Assembly: GCF_051953815.1 (NCBI RefSeq)
Contig: NZ_JBQCIJ010000046.1
Location: 172,164 to 236,163, forward strand
Reading direction: 5' to 3'
Length of the DNA stretch: 64,000 bases
From: Pseudoxanthomonas sp.
Lineage (GTDB): Bacteria > Pseudomonadota > Gammaproteobacteria > Xanthomonadales > Xanthomonadaceae
The stretch's first letter is position 1; every line of letters starts with the position of its first letter. Below, piece by piece: positions 35,205 through 43,602 of the stretch. The notes under the pieces were generated by a model. The model saw only the letters and a list, made by a program, of their open reading frames with translations. It made no database searches and was not told where the DNA came from. Both the position numbers and the translations under genes were made by a program.

Positions 35205-38009
35205 ATGCTGGATCCGCGCAGCCCCGACGCGGGCAGCCAATCCGTCCTGCTGGCGCTGGAGGATGGCATCCGCCGCATCCGTGACGCACGCCAGGTGATG
35301 GCTTTCGCCGCCGAGCACCTGGCCCGCCATCTGGGCGTCGATCGGGTCTGCTACGCGGAAATGGACAAGGCCGGCGAGCGTTTCGCCTTGCAGGTGGAGT
35401 ACAGCAGCGGGCGCCTGCCGGCGCTGACCGGCCAGCATCGCCTGGACGCGTTCGGCGATTCGGTCGGCGAGGCGATGCGTCGCGGCGAATCGCTCAGCTG
35501 CGACGACACGCACGCACTGGCCGGCCTCAACGAAGTGCAGCGACGCACGTATCGCGACAGCGGAATCCGCGCGCACATCAGCGTGCCGCTGGTGCGGGAA
35601 GGCGATTTCAAGGCCATCCTGGCGGTCCACCACGCCGAACCGCGCGCATGGACCGCCGATGAACTGGCGCTGGTGCGGGACGTCGGCGACCGCACCTGGG
35701 AGGCGGTGCTGCGCACGCGGGTGGCGGTGGAACTGCGCCGCAGCGAGGCCCGGTTCCGGCAGTTGTTCGAATCCATCGACCAGGGCTTCTGCATCATCGA
35801 CGTCGCGTTCGACGGCGATGGACATGCCTATGACTACCGGTTCATGGAGGTCAACGCCGCTTTTTCCCGTCACTCCGGCCTGAGCGACGTCGCCGGGCGC
35901 CGCATGCGCGAAGTGGCCGCCGATCTGGAGCCCTCCTGGTACGAACTGTATGGAGAGGTCGCGCGGACTGGAGAGCCGCGACGCTTCGAGAAGCAGGCGA
36001 TGGGACTGGGCGGACGCTGGTTCGAGGTGTACGCGTTCCCGCTGGAGGACATCGGCCATCAGGTCGGCGTGCTGTTCAGCGACATCAGCGAGCGGCGCCG
36101 GATCAGCGAGGCGGTGCGCGAGAGCCAGGTGCAGCTGGCGGCGGTGATCGAACACGTACCCGTCGGCATCGGTCTGTTCGATACCCAGGGCCATTACCTG
36201 ATGACCAACCCGCGGTTGCAGGAACTGGTCGGCGACGTGCTGCCGTCGCGGGACCCGCGTTCGCGCTGGCGCGCCTACGACGCCGACGGCCGGTTGCTGT
36301 CGCCGGCGGAGTATCCCAGTTCGCGCGCCCTGCGTGGCGAGACGGTGCCGCCTACGGTGGATTTCCACATCTACCTGGACGGGCAGGAGCGCTGGATCGT
36401 GTTCGGGGCGGTGCCGCTGTGGCGCGACGGCGTGGTGATCGGCGGCATTTCGGTGGCGCAGGACATCACCGAACGCCGGCGGGTGGAAAGCGCGTTGCGC
36501 GAAAGCGAATGGCGGCTGTCCACGCTCATCGAAGGCATTCCGCAACTGGTCTGGCGTTCCTCCGATCGCGGCCACTGGACCTGGGCAAGCCCGCAATGGG
36601 AACAGTTCACCGGGCAGGATCCGGCGGCGGCGGTCGGGCTGGGCTGGCTGGAAGCGATCCATCCGGAGGATCGCACCGCCACCCTCTCGGCGTGGGAGCA
36701 GGCCGGCGAGGGCGGGGTGATGGCGGTGGAACACCGGGTGCGTCACGCCCGCAGCGGCAGCTACGTCTGGCATTCCACCCGCTCGCGACCGCTCAGGGAT
36801 CCGCAGGGCCGCATCGTCGAATGGCTGGGCACCACCACCGACATCCAGCAATTCAAGGAACTGCAGGCCCGCCAGCGCGAATTGCTGGAACAGCAGGCCG
36901 AGCAGAACCGACGCAAGGACGAGTTCCTGGCCATCCTCGCGCACGAACTGCGCAATCCGCTCGCGCCGCTGCGGACCACCCTGGAACTGCTGGTGGAGGC
37001 GGGCGAAGCGCCGTTCGCGCGCTCGCTTACCCGCATGCAGCGGCAGGTGGATCACATGGTCCGGCTGGTGGAGGACCTGCTGGAGGTCTCGCGCATCACC
37101 CGCGGCACCATCGAGCTGCGGCGCGAGCCGCTGGATCTCAACGAGGTGCTCAAGGTCGCCATCGACACCAGCCGCCCGTGGATCGAGCAGGCCGGACACA
37201 CGCTCGACATCGCGCTGTCGCCGCCGCCGTGTTGCCTGGTCGACGGCGATCCGGTGCGGCTGGCGCAGGTGTTCTCCAACCTGCTGAACAACGCCGCCAA
37301 GTTCACCCACGCGCCCGGCCGGATCGCGCTGGCGTCGGAACGGGTCGGGGATCGCGTGCGGGTGACCGTCAGCGACAACGGCGTCGGCATGCCGGCCGAG
37401 CGCATAGGCGAAATCTTCAACCTGTTCTCGCAGATCCGCCAGGAAAAGCAGCAGATGCTGAGCGGCCTGGGAATCGGCCTGACCCTGGTCCGCAGCATCG
37501 TCGAACTGCACGGCGGACGGGTCACGGCGCACAGCGATGGCATCGGGCAGGGCAGCCGGTTCGAAGTCGAACTGCCGCTCATCACGACGGACATACCCGG
37601 AGACGACGACATGGCGAACCCGCAAATGCAAGCACGCAGCCGGCACCGGATCATGGTGGTCGACGACAACCGCGACGCGGCCGACGCGGTGGCCGAGTAT
37701 CTGGAGTTCGCCGGACACGAGGTGGCGGTCGCCTACGATGGCGAGTCCGCGTTGGCCCGCTTCGTCGGATTCGCGCCGGAAATGGTGCTGATGGATCTGG
37801 GCATGCCGGGGCTCAGCGGCTATGAAACCGCCACGCGCATGCGCGCGTTGCGGAAGGACGCGCCGCTGACCCTGGTGGCGCTGAGCGGCTGGACCCACGA
37901 GGACGACAAGCGCCGTTCGCGCGAAGCCGGCTTCGACGCGCACCTGGCCAAACCGGTGGAGGTGGCCACGCTGCGCCGCCTGATGAGCGAGTATCTGGAG
38001 GCCACGTGA
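35205..38009 (+). CDS. hybrid sensor histidine kinase (GAF - multiple PAS - HisKA - HATPase_c - receiver)
   Basis: 934 aa. GAF-like N-terminus, PAS repeats (FRQLFESIDQGFCI, LSTLIEGIPQLVW), H-box FLAILAHELRNPLAPL, N/G boxes (NLLNNAAKF, DNGVGM, GLGIGL), and a C-terminal receiver (IMVVDDNRDAAD...MDLGMPGLSG...KP). Confidence 0.9.
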   Translation: MLDPRSPDAGSQSVLLALEDGIRRIRDARQVMAFAAEHLARHLGVDRVCYAEMDKAGERFALQVEYSSGRLPALTGQHRLDAFGDSVGEAMRRGESLSCDDTHALAGLNEVQRRTYRDSGIRAHISVPLVREGDFKAILAVHHAEPRAWTADELALVRDVGDRTWEAVLRTRVAVELRRSEARFRQLFESIDQGFCIIDVAFDGDGHAYDYRFMEVNAAFSRHSGLSDVAGRRMREVAADLEPSWYELYGEVARTGEPRRFEKQAMGLGGRWFEVYAFPLEDIGHQVGVLFSDISERRRISEAVRESQVQLAAVIEHVPVGIGLFDTQGHYLMTNPRLQELVGDVLPSRDPRSRWRAYDADGRLLSPAEYPSSRALRGETVPPTVDFHIYLDGQERWIVFGAVPLWRDGVVIGGISVAQDITERRRVESALRESEWRLSTLIEGIPQLVWRSSDRGHWTWASPQWEQFTGQDPAAAVGLGWLEAIHPEDRTATLSAWEQAGEGGVMAVEHRVRHARSGSYVWHSTRSRPLRDPQGRIVEWLGTTTDIQQFKELQARQRELLEQQAEQNRRKDEFLAILAHELRNPLAPLRTTLELLVEAGEAPFARSLTRMQRQVDHMVRLVEDLLEVSRITRGTIELRREPLDLNEVLKVAIDTSRPWIEQAGHTLDIALSPPPCCLVDGDPVRLAQVFSNLLNNAAKFTHAPGRIALASERVGDRVRVTVSDNGVGMPAERIGEIFNLFSQIRQEKQQMLSGLGIGLTLVRSIVELHGGRVTAHSDGIGQGSRFEVELPLITTDIPGDDDMANPQMQARSRHRIMVVDDNRDAADAVAEYLEFAGHEVAVAYDGESALARFVGFAPEMVLMDLGMPGLSGYETATRMRALRKDAPLTLVALSGWTHEDDKRRSREAGFDAHLAKPVEVATLRRLMSEYLEAT

Positions 38010-38078
38010 GTCCGTCCCCCGGCGCGGCGGGCGGCGCCGGCGGCGGCTTTCACCGTGCGTAGCCATCGGGCCGGGACA

Positions 38079-39791
38079 ATGGAGTCCCGTTCAAGGAATC
38101 CGCCCATGGAATCCCAGGCCAGGCAACTCGACCCTTCGCCGGGCGCGGGCAGGCGGCGCGGCCAGATCCTGCGCTTCCTGTTCCGATACCGGAATTCAGG
38201 ACTGTTCTCCGGGCTGGACACCCGCCTGGAGGACGCCGACCCCGACGCGGCCGAGGGCACCCCGCAGGAGCTGGCGCATGATCTCGAAGCGCTCGGCCCG
38301 GCGTTCGTGAAGATCGGACAGATGCTGTCCACCCGTCCCGACATCGTGCCGCCGGCCTATGCCAGTTCCTTCGAGCGCATGCAGGAACAGGTCGAACCGG
38401 TGCCGTTCGAGGCGGTGCGCGAGGTGGTGGAGGCCGAACTGGGCGTTCGCCTCAGCCACGCCTTTTCCGATTTCGAAGCCAGGCCGCTGGGCTCGGCCTC
38501 GCTGGCGCAGGTGCACCGCGCCTGGCTGCGCGACGGCAGGGCGGTGGCGGTGAAGGTGCAGAAGCCCGGCATCGCCCAGCAACTGCTCGGGGATCTGGAG
38601 CTGTTGCGCGGCTTCGCCCGCGGCGCGGATCGCTTCACCGATGTCGGCCGGCGGGTCCGCTTCGCCGACTGGCTGGAAGAGTTCAGCCGCACCCTGCTGG
38701 CGGAACTGGACTACCAGGCCGAAGCGGAGAACCTGGTCCGCTTCCGCCTGCACCTGGCGCCGTTCCCGGAATTGTGGGTGCCCGCGCCGGTGGCCGATCT
38801 GAGCCGGCGCCGGGTCCTGACGATGGAACTGGTGGAAGGCATCCGGGTGGACCAGATTCCCGGCGTCCGCCGCACCGAGCAGGCCATGGACACGCTCGCC
38901 TCGGCGCTGCTGCGCGGCTATCTGGATCAGATCTTCGTGCACGGCGAAATCCATGCCGATCCGCATCCGGGCAACCTGCGGGTGACCCGCGACGGGCGCC
39001 TGGCGGTGTTCGATCTCGGCATGGTCGCCAATATCCCGCCCAAGCGACGCGATTGCCTGCTCAAGCTGCTGTTCGCCGCGGTCGACGGCCGTGGCGAGCA
39101 GGCCGCCGACGAGGCCATCGCGATGGGCACGCGGCTGGAGGATTACGACGAGGAGCGTTTCGTGCGCGAGGTCGGCCACCTGGTCAGCCACTACACCGCG
39201 CATGCGCGCAGCACCTCGTCCGGACGGGTGGTGCTGGAACTGGTGCGGGTGGCCACCGCCTGCGGCCTGCGCACGCCACCGGAGCTGAGCCTGCTGGGCA
39301 AGGCGCTGCTCAACCTGGATGCGGTCTGCCGGCACCTGGCGCCGGAGATGGATCCCAAGGCGGTGGTGGAAAGGCATCTTCAGCACGTCATCCGCGCGCG
39401 CCTGCGCCAGTCGCTGTCCTCGCCCAACATCGCCAGCGAATTGATCGAGATCCAGACCCTGCTGCGCGAAGGCCCGCGCAAGCTGTCCGACGCGCTGTCG
39501 CTGATCGCCGAGAACAAGCTGCAGCTGCGCGTGGCGGGCCTGGAGGAATCGCGGCTGATGGAGAACCTGCAGAAGATCGCCAACCGGATCTCCGCCGGGC
39601 TGGTGACCGCCGCGTTGATCGTCGCGTCCTCGTTGATGATGCGGGTGGAGACCCGCAGCACCCTGTGGGGCTACCCGACGGTGGCGCTGCTGCTGTTCCT
39701 GCTGGGCGCGGGGCTGGGCGTTGGCATCGTGATCAGCGCGCTGCGACGCGACCGCACCGCGCGTTCGCGCGAGGAGCGCGCCCCGCGCTGA
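38079..39791 (+). CDS. ABC1/UbiB-family atypical protein kinase with C-terminal TM segments
   Basis: About 570 aa (alternative ATG at 38106). FVKIGQMLSTRPDIVP, PLGSASLAQVHRA, VAVKVQKPG, catalytic HADPHPGNL, FDLGMV. Two C-terminal hydrophobic helices. Confidence 0.85.
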   Translation: MESRSRNPPMESQARQLDPSPGAGRRRGQILRFLFRYRNSGLFSGLDTRLEDADPDAAEGTPQELAHDLEALGPAFVKIGQMLSTRPDIVPPAYASSFERMQEQVEPVPFEAVREVVEAELGVRLSHAFSDFEARPLGSASLAQVHRAWLRDGRAVAVKVQKPGIAQQLLGDLELLRGFARGADRFTDVGRRVRFADWLEEFSRTLLAELDYQAEAENLVRFRLHLAPFPELWVPAPVADLSRRRVLTMELVEGIRVDQIPGVRRTEQAMDTLASALLRGYLDQIFVHGEIHADPHPGNLRVTRDGRLAVFDLGMVANIPPKRRDCLLKLLFAAVDGRGEQAADEAIAMGTRLEDYDEERFVREVGHLVSHYTAHARSTSSGRVVLELVRVATACGLRTPPELSLLGKALLNLDAVCRHLAPEMDPKAVVERHLQHVIRARLRQSLSSPNIASELIEIQTLLREGPRKLSDALSLIAENKLQLRVAGLEESRLMENLQKIANRISAGLVTAALIVASSLMMRVETRSTLWGYPTVALLLFLLGAGLGVGIVISALRRDRTARSREERAPR

Positions 39792-39798
39792 CGCCCCG

Positions 39799-40356
39799 GT
39801 GACCGCCTTCCTTTACCTGCTGCCCTGCGCGGGCGAGGACCTGATCAAGCTGGGCATCTCCCGCGATCCGCTCGCGCGTGCGCGCAGCCTGGCGCCGCGC
39901 TGGTTCGAGTTCTTCGACCTGGATCGCGCCTGGCTGCTGCAGGCCGACGCCATCGCCGAGGCGCAGTCGTGGGAGACCGCGCTCAAGCGTTCGCTGAAAC
40001 CGCACAACGCGCCGGCGCCGCTGTTGTCGGTGCGCGCCGCCGGCGGGTTCAGCGAATGGTTCCGTGGCGCGCACGGGGCGGTGCTGGACTACATGGATGC
40101 GATGGCCGGGCAGGGGTTCGCGCTGCATCCGGCCCGGCCCTGGCTGGGCCAGGCGCTGGCGCGCGGCAGCGATTCCCTCTACGGCTGGGCCGATGCGCTC
40201 TGGCAATCCATGCTTGAAAGCGGCATCGATCCCTCGCTGCATCCGCTCGCGCCTTCGCTGCGCGATGCCTGCGACGAACAGGCCGCGTTCGCGCTGGAGG
40301 TGGAGACGCGGATGCCGGCGGCGGTGGCGCGCTGGTATCGCGACGTTCGTGGTTGA
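39799..40356 (+). CDS. GIY-YIG / T5orf172 (MUG113)-like domain protein
   Basis: 185 aa. GTG start 8 nt after the kinase stop. FLYLLPCAGEDLIKLGISRDPLARARSL ... WETALKRSL ... GFSEWF matches the T5orf172 pattern by eye. Confidence 0.6.
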   Translation: MTAFLYLLPCAGEDLIKLGISRDPLARARSLAPRWFEFFDLDRAWLLQADAIAEAQSWETALKRSLKPHNAPAPLLSVRAAGGFSEWFRGAHGAVLDYMDAMAGQGFALHPARPWLGQALARGSDSLYGWADALWQSMLESGIDPSLHPLAPSLRDACDEQAAFALEVETRMPAAVARWYRDVRG

Positions 40357-40370
40357 AGTGGTTGAACGGG

Positions 40371-40634
<264 letters not shown>

Positions 40635-40836
40635 TCAGCGCCGGTTGCGATCGCCGGTGCCGAGCGGATCCGGGTAATCGCGTTCGGGATCGCGGCGACC
40701 GGTGCCGCGTGGCACGTCCGGCTGGTCGTGGTCCTTCCAGCGCGCATCGTCGTTGCGCAGGCGATCGGGGGTATGGGCTTTCTGCTGGTCGCCCTGCGGA
40801 TTGCCGCGCGGGGGCGGGGGCGGGTTTGCGCTTCAT
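40635..40836 (-). other. coding-potential segment after the udgX stop; its only ATG is in a different frame (frameshift, indel or read-through candidate)
   Basis: 66 codons in the udgX frame, directly after its TGA, show strong GC3 and a natural hydrophilic sequence (SANPPPPPRGNPQGDQQKAHTPDRLRNDDARWKDHDQPDVPRGTGRRDPERDYPDPLGTGDRNRR*). The ATG at 40836-40834 overlaps the udgX TGA (ATGA) but is in the adjacent frame. It precedes a C/G homopolymer-rich run (aaacccgcccccgcccccgcg). Confidence 0.45.
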
Positions 40837-41513
40837 GGGGCATCTCCGGATGCGGTTGGAGGAACGTCGCCGGCCACCCGCGCGGCGACCTTGCGCAGAT
40901 CGCCGCGCAGGTCGCGCAGGGCCTGTTCGCGCGGCTCGCCCTGCATGCGCAGGATGGCGGAGGGATGCCAACTGGCGATGGCGTCGGTGCGCTCGTCGAG
41001 CGCGCGCCAGCGGCCGCGTTCACGGGTCAGGCGGAAGGCGTTGCCGAACAGCGTCTGCGCGGCCATCGCGCCCAGTGCGACCACCCAGCGCGGACGCAGG
41101 CGCGACAGCTCGGCGGCCAGCCATGGCCGGCACGCCGCCTGTTCGGCGGCGTTGGCGCGCTGGTGCAGGCGTCGCTTGCCGCGTTGGCGGAACTTGAAGT
41201 GCTTCACCGTGTTGGTCAGGTAAACCTCGTCTGCGGCCAGCCCGCATTCCGCGAGCAGCTGGCGCAGCAGCTGCCCGGCCGGCCCCACGAACGGCTCGCC
41301 CTGGCGATCTTCCTGATCGCCGGGCTGTTCGCCGATGAGCATGACCGCGGCCCGCGCGGGACCGGCGCCGAAGACCGTCTGCGTCGCGTCCCGCCACAAC
41401 GGGCATGCCCGGCAATCCGCCGCGCGCAGGCGCAACTGGCGCAGCGTGCCGGCCGGAACGGCCTCCACCGGCTTGGCCAGCGGCACCCGGGGCGGCGCGA
41501 TGGCGCGCGGCAT
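40833..41513 (-). CDS. udgX: family-4 uracil-DNA glycosylase of the UdgX subtype
   Basis: 226 aa. Motif A GEQPG (LIGEQPGDQED), Fe-S Cys (CRACPL ... C...C), UdgX-specific insertion VKHFKFRQRGKRRLHQRA (KRRIH-like loop), motif B HPSAILR. Confidence 0.75.
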   Translation of the reverse strand: MPRAIAPPRVPLAKPVEAVPAGTLRQLRLRAADCRACPLWRDATQTVFGAGPARAAVMLIGEQPGDQEDRQGEPFVGPAGQLLRQLLAECGLAADEVYLTNTVKHFKFRQRGKRRLHQRANAAEQAACRPWLAAELSRLRPRWVVALGAMAAQTLFGNAFRLTRERGRWRALDERTDAIASWHPSAILRMQGEPREQALRDLRGDLRKVAARVAGDVPPTASGDAP

Positions 41514-41542
41514 GGACTCAGCGCGCCGGCCGCGGGCGCGGC

Positions 41543-41941
41543 TCAGGCGTCGGCCAGTTCATGCACCGCGTGCCGGCTGGCCTGCGGAACGGCGACCGCC
41601 GGCGCTTCGCGATGCGGACGCGGCAGCGGCGCCATGGGCGCGACCGGCACGGGCGCGCGCCGGCGTTCGGCCGCCGCCAACACCCGCAGGCGCGCAATCC
41701 GGCTGCGCGCCCAGCGCGCCGACCAGCGCATGCCGGCCGCCACCGAACGCACCGCGACGTTGGCCTGGGGATTGAGCGGGTCGTGCAACTGCACGCTCAC
41801 CAGCCAGCCATCGCGCAACGGATGTATCTCCAGCACGCTGCAGCCATCGAGCAACAGGCGCGCGCCGCTCCATGCGTCGTCGGAGGTGGCTTCCACCCAG
41901 GTGAAGTCCGAAGGAAGCTTCATCGGCACGGCTTTGGTCAT
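41543..41941 (-). CDS. hypothetical protein (132 aa), first gene of the udgX operon
   Basis: MTKAVPMKLPSDFTWVEATSDDAWSGARLLLDGCSVLEIHPLRDGWLVSVQLHDPLNP... SD AGGA 8-11 nt upstream. The start was chosen downstream of the sigma-54 promoter; the ORF is open to 42061. Confidence 0.55.
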   Translation of the reverse strand: MTKAVPMKLPSDFTWVEATSDDAWSGARLLLDGCSVLEIHPLRDGWLVSVQLHDPLNPQANVAVRSVAAGMRWSARWARSRIARLRVLAAAERRRAPVPVAPMAPLPRPHREAPAVAVPQASRHAVHELADA

Positions 41942-41979
41942 GGCATGCATCCTGTTTGCTTGGGGGATGCGGTTACATA

Positions 41980-41994
41980 GCAGATCACATGCCA
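41980..41994 (-). promoter_or_regulatory. sigma-54 promoter TGGCATGTGATCTGC (-24 GG / -12 GC)
   Basis: Minus-strand reading TGGCAT-N5-CTGC with correct GG-N10-GC spacing. The -12 element lies ~38 nt upstream of ATG 41941. Confidence 0.6.
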
Positions 41995-42199
41995 TCGGAA
42001 ACTGACTGGAAACAACACCCTGGATCGTGCATCGCGCAAGCAGGGACGCAGGCGTTTCCATCCGCCGGAAAAAATTTCCGGCGAAGTGGAGAGCACGTGA
42101 AGAGCGCGCCTTGGCGCGGCGCTCACGAGCCGCTCCCTAACGTGCTTGTTCAGCAGAAACGCCGCGTTCGACCCTGCGCTGGCGTAACCGGGAGTGAAC

Positions 42200-43282
42200 A
42201 TGAAAGGCAGCGCCAAGAAGTCTTCCGTCAAGAAATCCGCCATCAGGAAATCCTCCGTCGCGAAAGACGCCGGTACGAAAGACACGAAAAGGAGTCGCGG
42301 TGTTTCCGCTTCGTCGTCCGCGAAGGCCGCCTCCACCGCGCAACGCCAGCGTCGGCTGCAGGAGGAGGCGATGGAGAAGAACGCGCGCGCGCCTTCGCCC
42401 GGGAAGAAACCGGTGCAGGCGGGCAGCCGGCGACAGCCCGAGCCACCGCTGAGCCGCCAGCACCTGGCCAAGCCGGGCAACGAATCCGAGCTGGACGTGC
42501 CGCCGCGTTTCCTCGCCCGCGATTACCGCGGCAGCGGCAAGCTGCAGGATCGCCGCGCCCTCATCACCGGCGGCGACTCCGGCATCGGCCGGGCGGTGGC
42601 CGTGCTGTTCGCGCGGGAAGGCGCGGACGTGGCCATCGTCTACCTGGACGAGCACGAGGATGCGCGCGAGACCGCGCGCCACGTCGAGGCCGAAGGACGG
42701 CGCTGCCTGTTGATCAGCGGCGACGTGCGCGATCCGGCGTTCTGCGCGCAGGCGGTGGCGCGCACGCTGGAGGTGTTCGGCGGGCTCGACATCCTGGTCA
42801 ACAACGCCGCCTTCCAGCAGCACGTCAAGCGGCTGGAAGACATCAGCGACGCGCAGCTGGCCGAAACCCTGCAGACCAACATCGGCGGCTACTTCAACAT
42901 GACCCGCGCGGCGTTGCCGCACCTGCGGGAAGGCGCCTGCATCATCAACAGCGGTTCGGAAACCGGATTGTTCGGCAGCAAGGAACTGCTCGACTACGCC
43001 GCGACCAAGGGCGCCATCCATGCGTTCACCAAATCGCTGGCCAGCAACCTGTTGCCGCGCGGCATCCGGGTCAACGCGGTGGCGCCGGGACCGGTCTGGA
43101 CGCCGTTGAATCCGGCGGATCGGGAAGCGGACAAGGTGGCCACGTTCGGCAAGGACAGCGACATGGGACGACCGGCGCAGCCGGAGGAACTGTCGCCGGC
43201 CTATGTGTTCCTGGCCTCGCCGATCACCGCCTCGTACATCAACGGCGCGGTGTTGCCGGTGATGGGCGGGCCATACGGATAG
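42200..43282 (+). CDS. SDR-family oxidoreductase (YghA/YhxC general-stress type) with Lys/Ser-rich N-terminal extension
   Basis: 360 aa. SD GGAG. Core: ALITGGDSGIGRAVAVLFAREGADV, LVNNAA, catalytic Y...K (YAATKGA), PGPVWTPL. The first ~70 aa are a low-complexity K/S/A tail (KGSAKKSSVKKSAIRKSSVAKDAGTKDTK). Confidence 0.85.
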   Translation: MKGSAKKSSVKKSAIRKSSVAKDAGTKDTKRSRGVSASSSAKAASTAQRQRRLQEEAMEKNARAPSPGKKPVQAGSRRQPEPPLSRQHLAKPGNESELDVPPRFLARDYRGSGKLQDRRALITGGDSGIGRAVAVLFAREGADVAIVYLDEHEDARETARHVEAEGRRCLLISGDVRDPAFCAQAVARTLEVFGGLDILVNNAAFQQHVKRLEDISDAQLAETLQTNIGGYFNMTRAALPHLREGACIINSGSETGLFGSKELLDYAATKGAIHAFTKSLASNLLPRGIRVNAVAPGPVWTPLNPADREADKVATFGKDSDMGRPAQPEELSPAYVFLASPITASYINGAVLPVMGGPYG

Positions 43283-43300
43283 CCGGCTGGCCGCGCCGGC

Positions 43301-43534
43301 TCAGGCGCGATCGCGCAGGCCGCTTTCACCCGACTGCTTGGCGCAGTGCGCGCAGCAGTAGATGGTGCCTTCGCTTTCCACCCCGTGGCCGATGACCATG
43401 CAGCCGCAATGCGCGCAGCGCGGCGCGAAGGCGTGGATGGCGCATTCGAACGCATCGAAGGTGCCGGTGCGTCCCTGCTGGGTGAGGGTGAAACTCTTGT
43501 CGTACTCGTTGCCACAGACGTCGCAGCGGGCCAT
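43301..43534 (-). CDS. Cys/His-rich small metal-binding (metallothionein-like) protein
   Basis: 77 aa, MARCDVCGNEYDKSF...FECAIHAFAPRCAHCGCMVIGHG...IYCCAHCAKQSG, with 9 Cys and 4 His. SD GGGAGA upstream. Confidence 0.7.
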   Translation of the reverse strand: MARCDVCGNEYDKSFTLTQQGRTGTFDAFECAIHAFAPRCAHCGCMVIGHGVESEGTIYCCAHCAKQSGESGLRDRA

Positions 43535-43550
43535 GGGACATCTCCCGTCG

Positions 43551-43589
43551 GTTGGGAAAAGGAACGGGCCGCACGCGGTGCGGGCCCGG
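43551..43589 (-). terminator. rho-independent terminator after 43603-44160 gene
   Basis: Minus strand: CCGGGCCCGCAC-cgc-GTGCGGCCCG followed by TTCCTTTTCCC. Confidence 0.55.
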
Positions 43590-43602
43590 CGGTTTGCGTC
43601 GC

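Noticed and set aside
42113-42127. Sigma-54-like element TGGCGCGGCGCTCAC upstream of the SDR gene (also TGGATCGTGCATCGC at about 42021)
   Set aside because: The -12 region (TCAC) lacks the GC dinucleotide. The second candidate is weak at -24 and lies ~180 nt from the ATG. Neither is counted among the four confident promoters.
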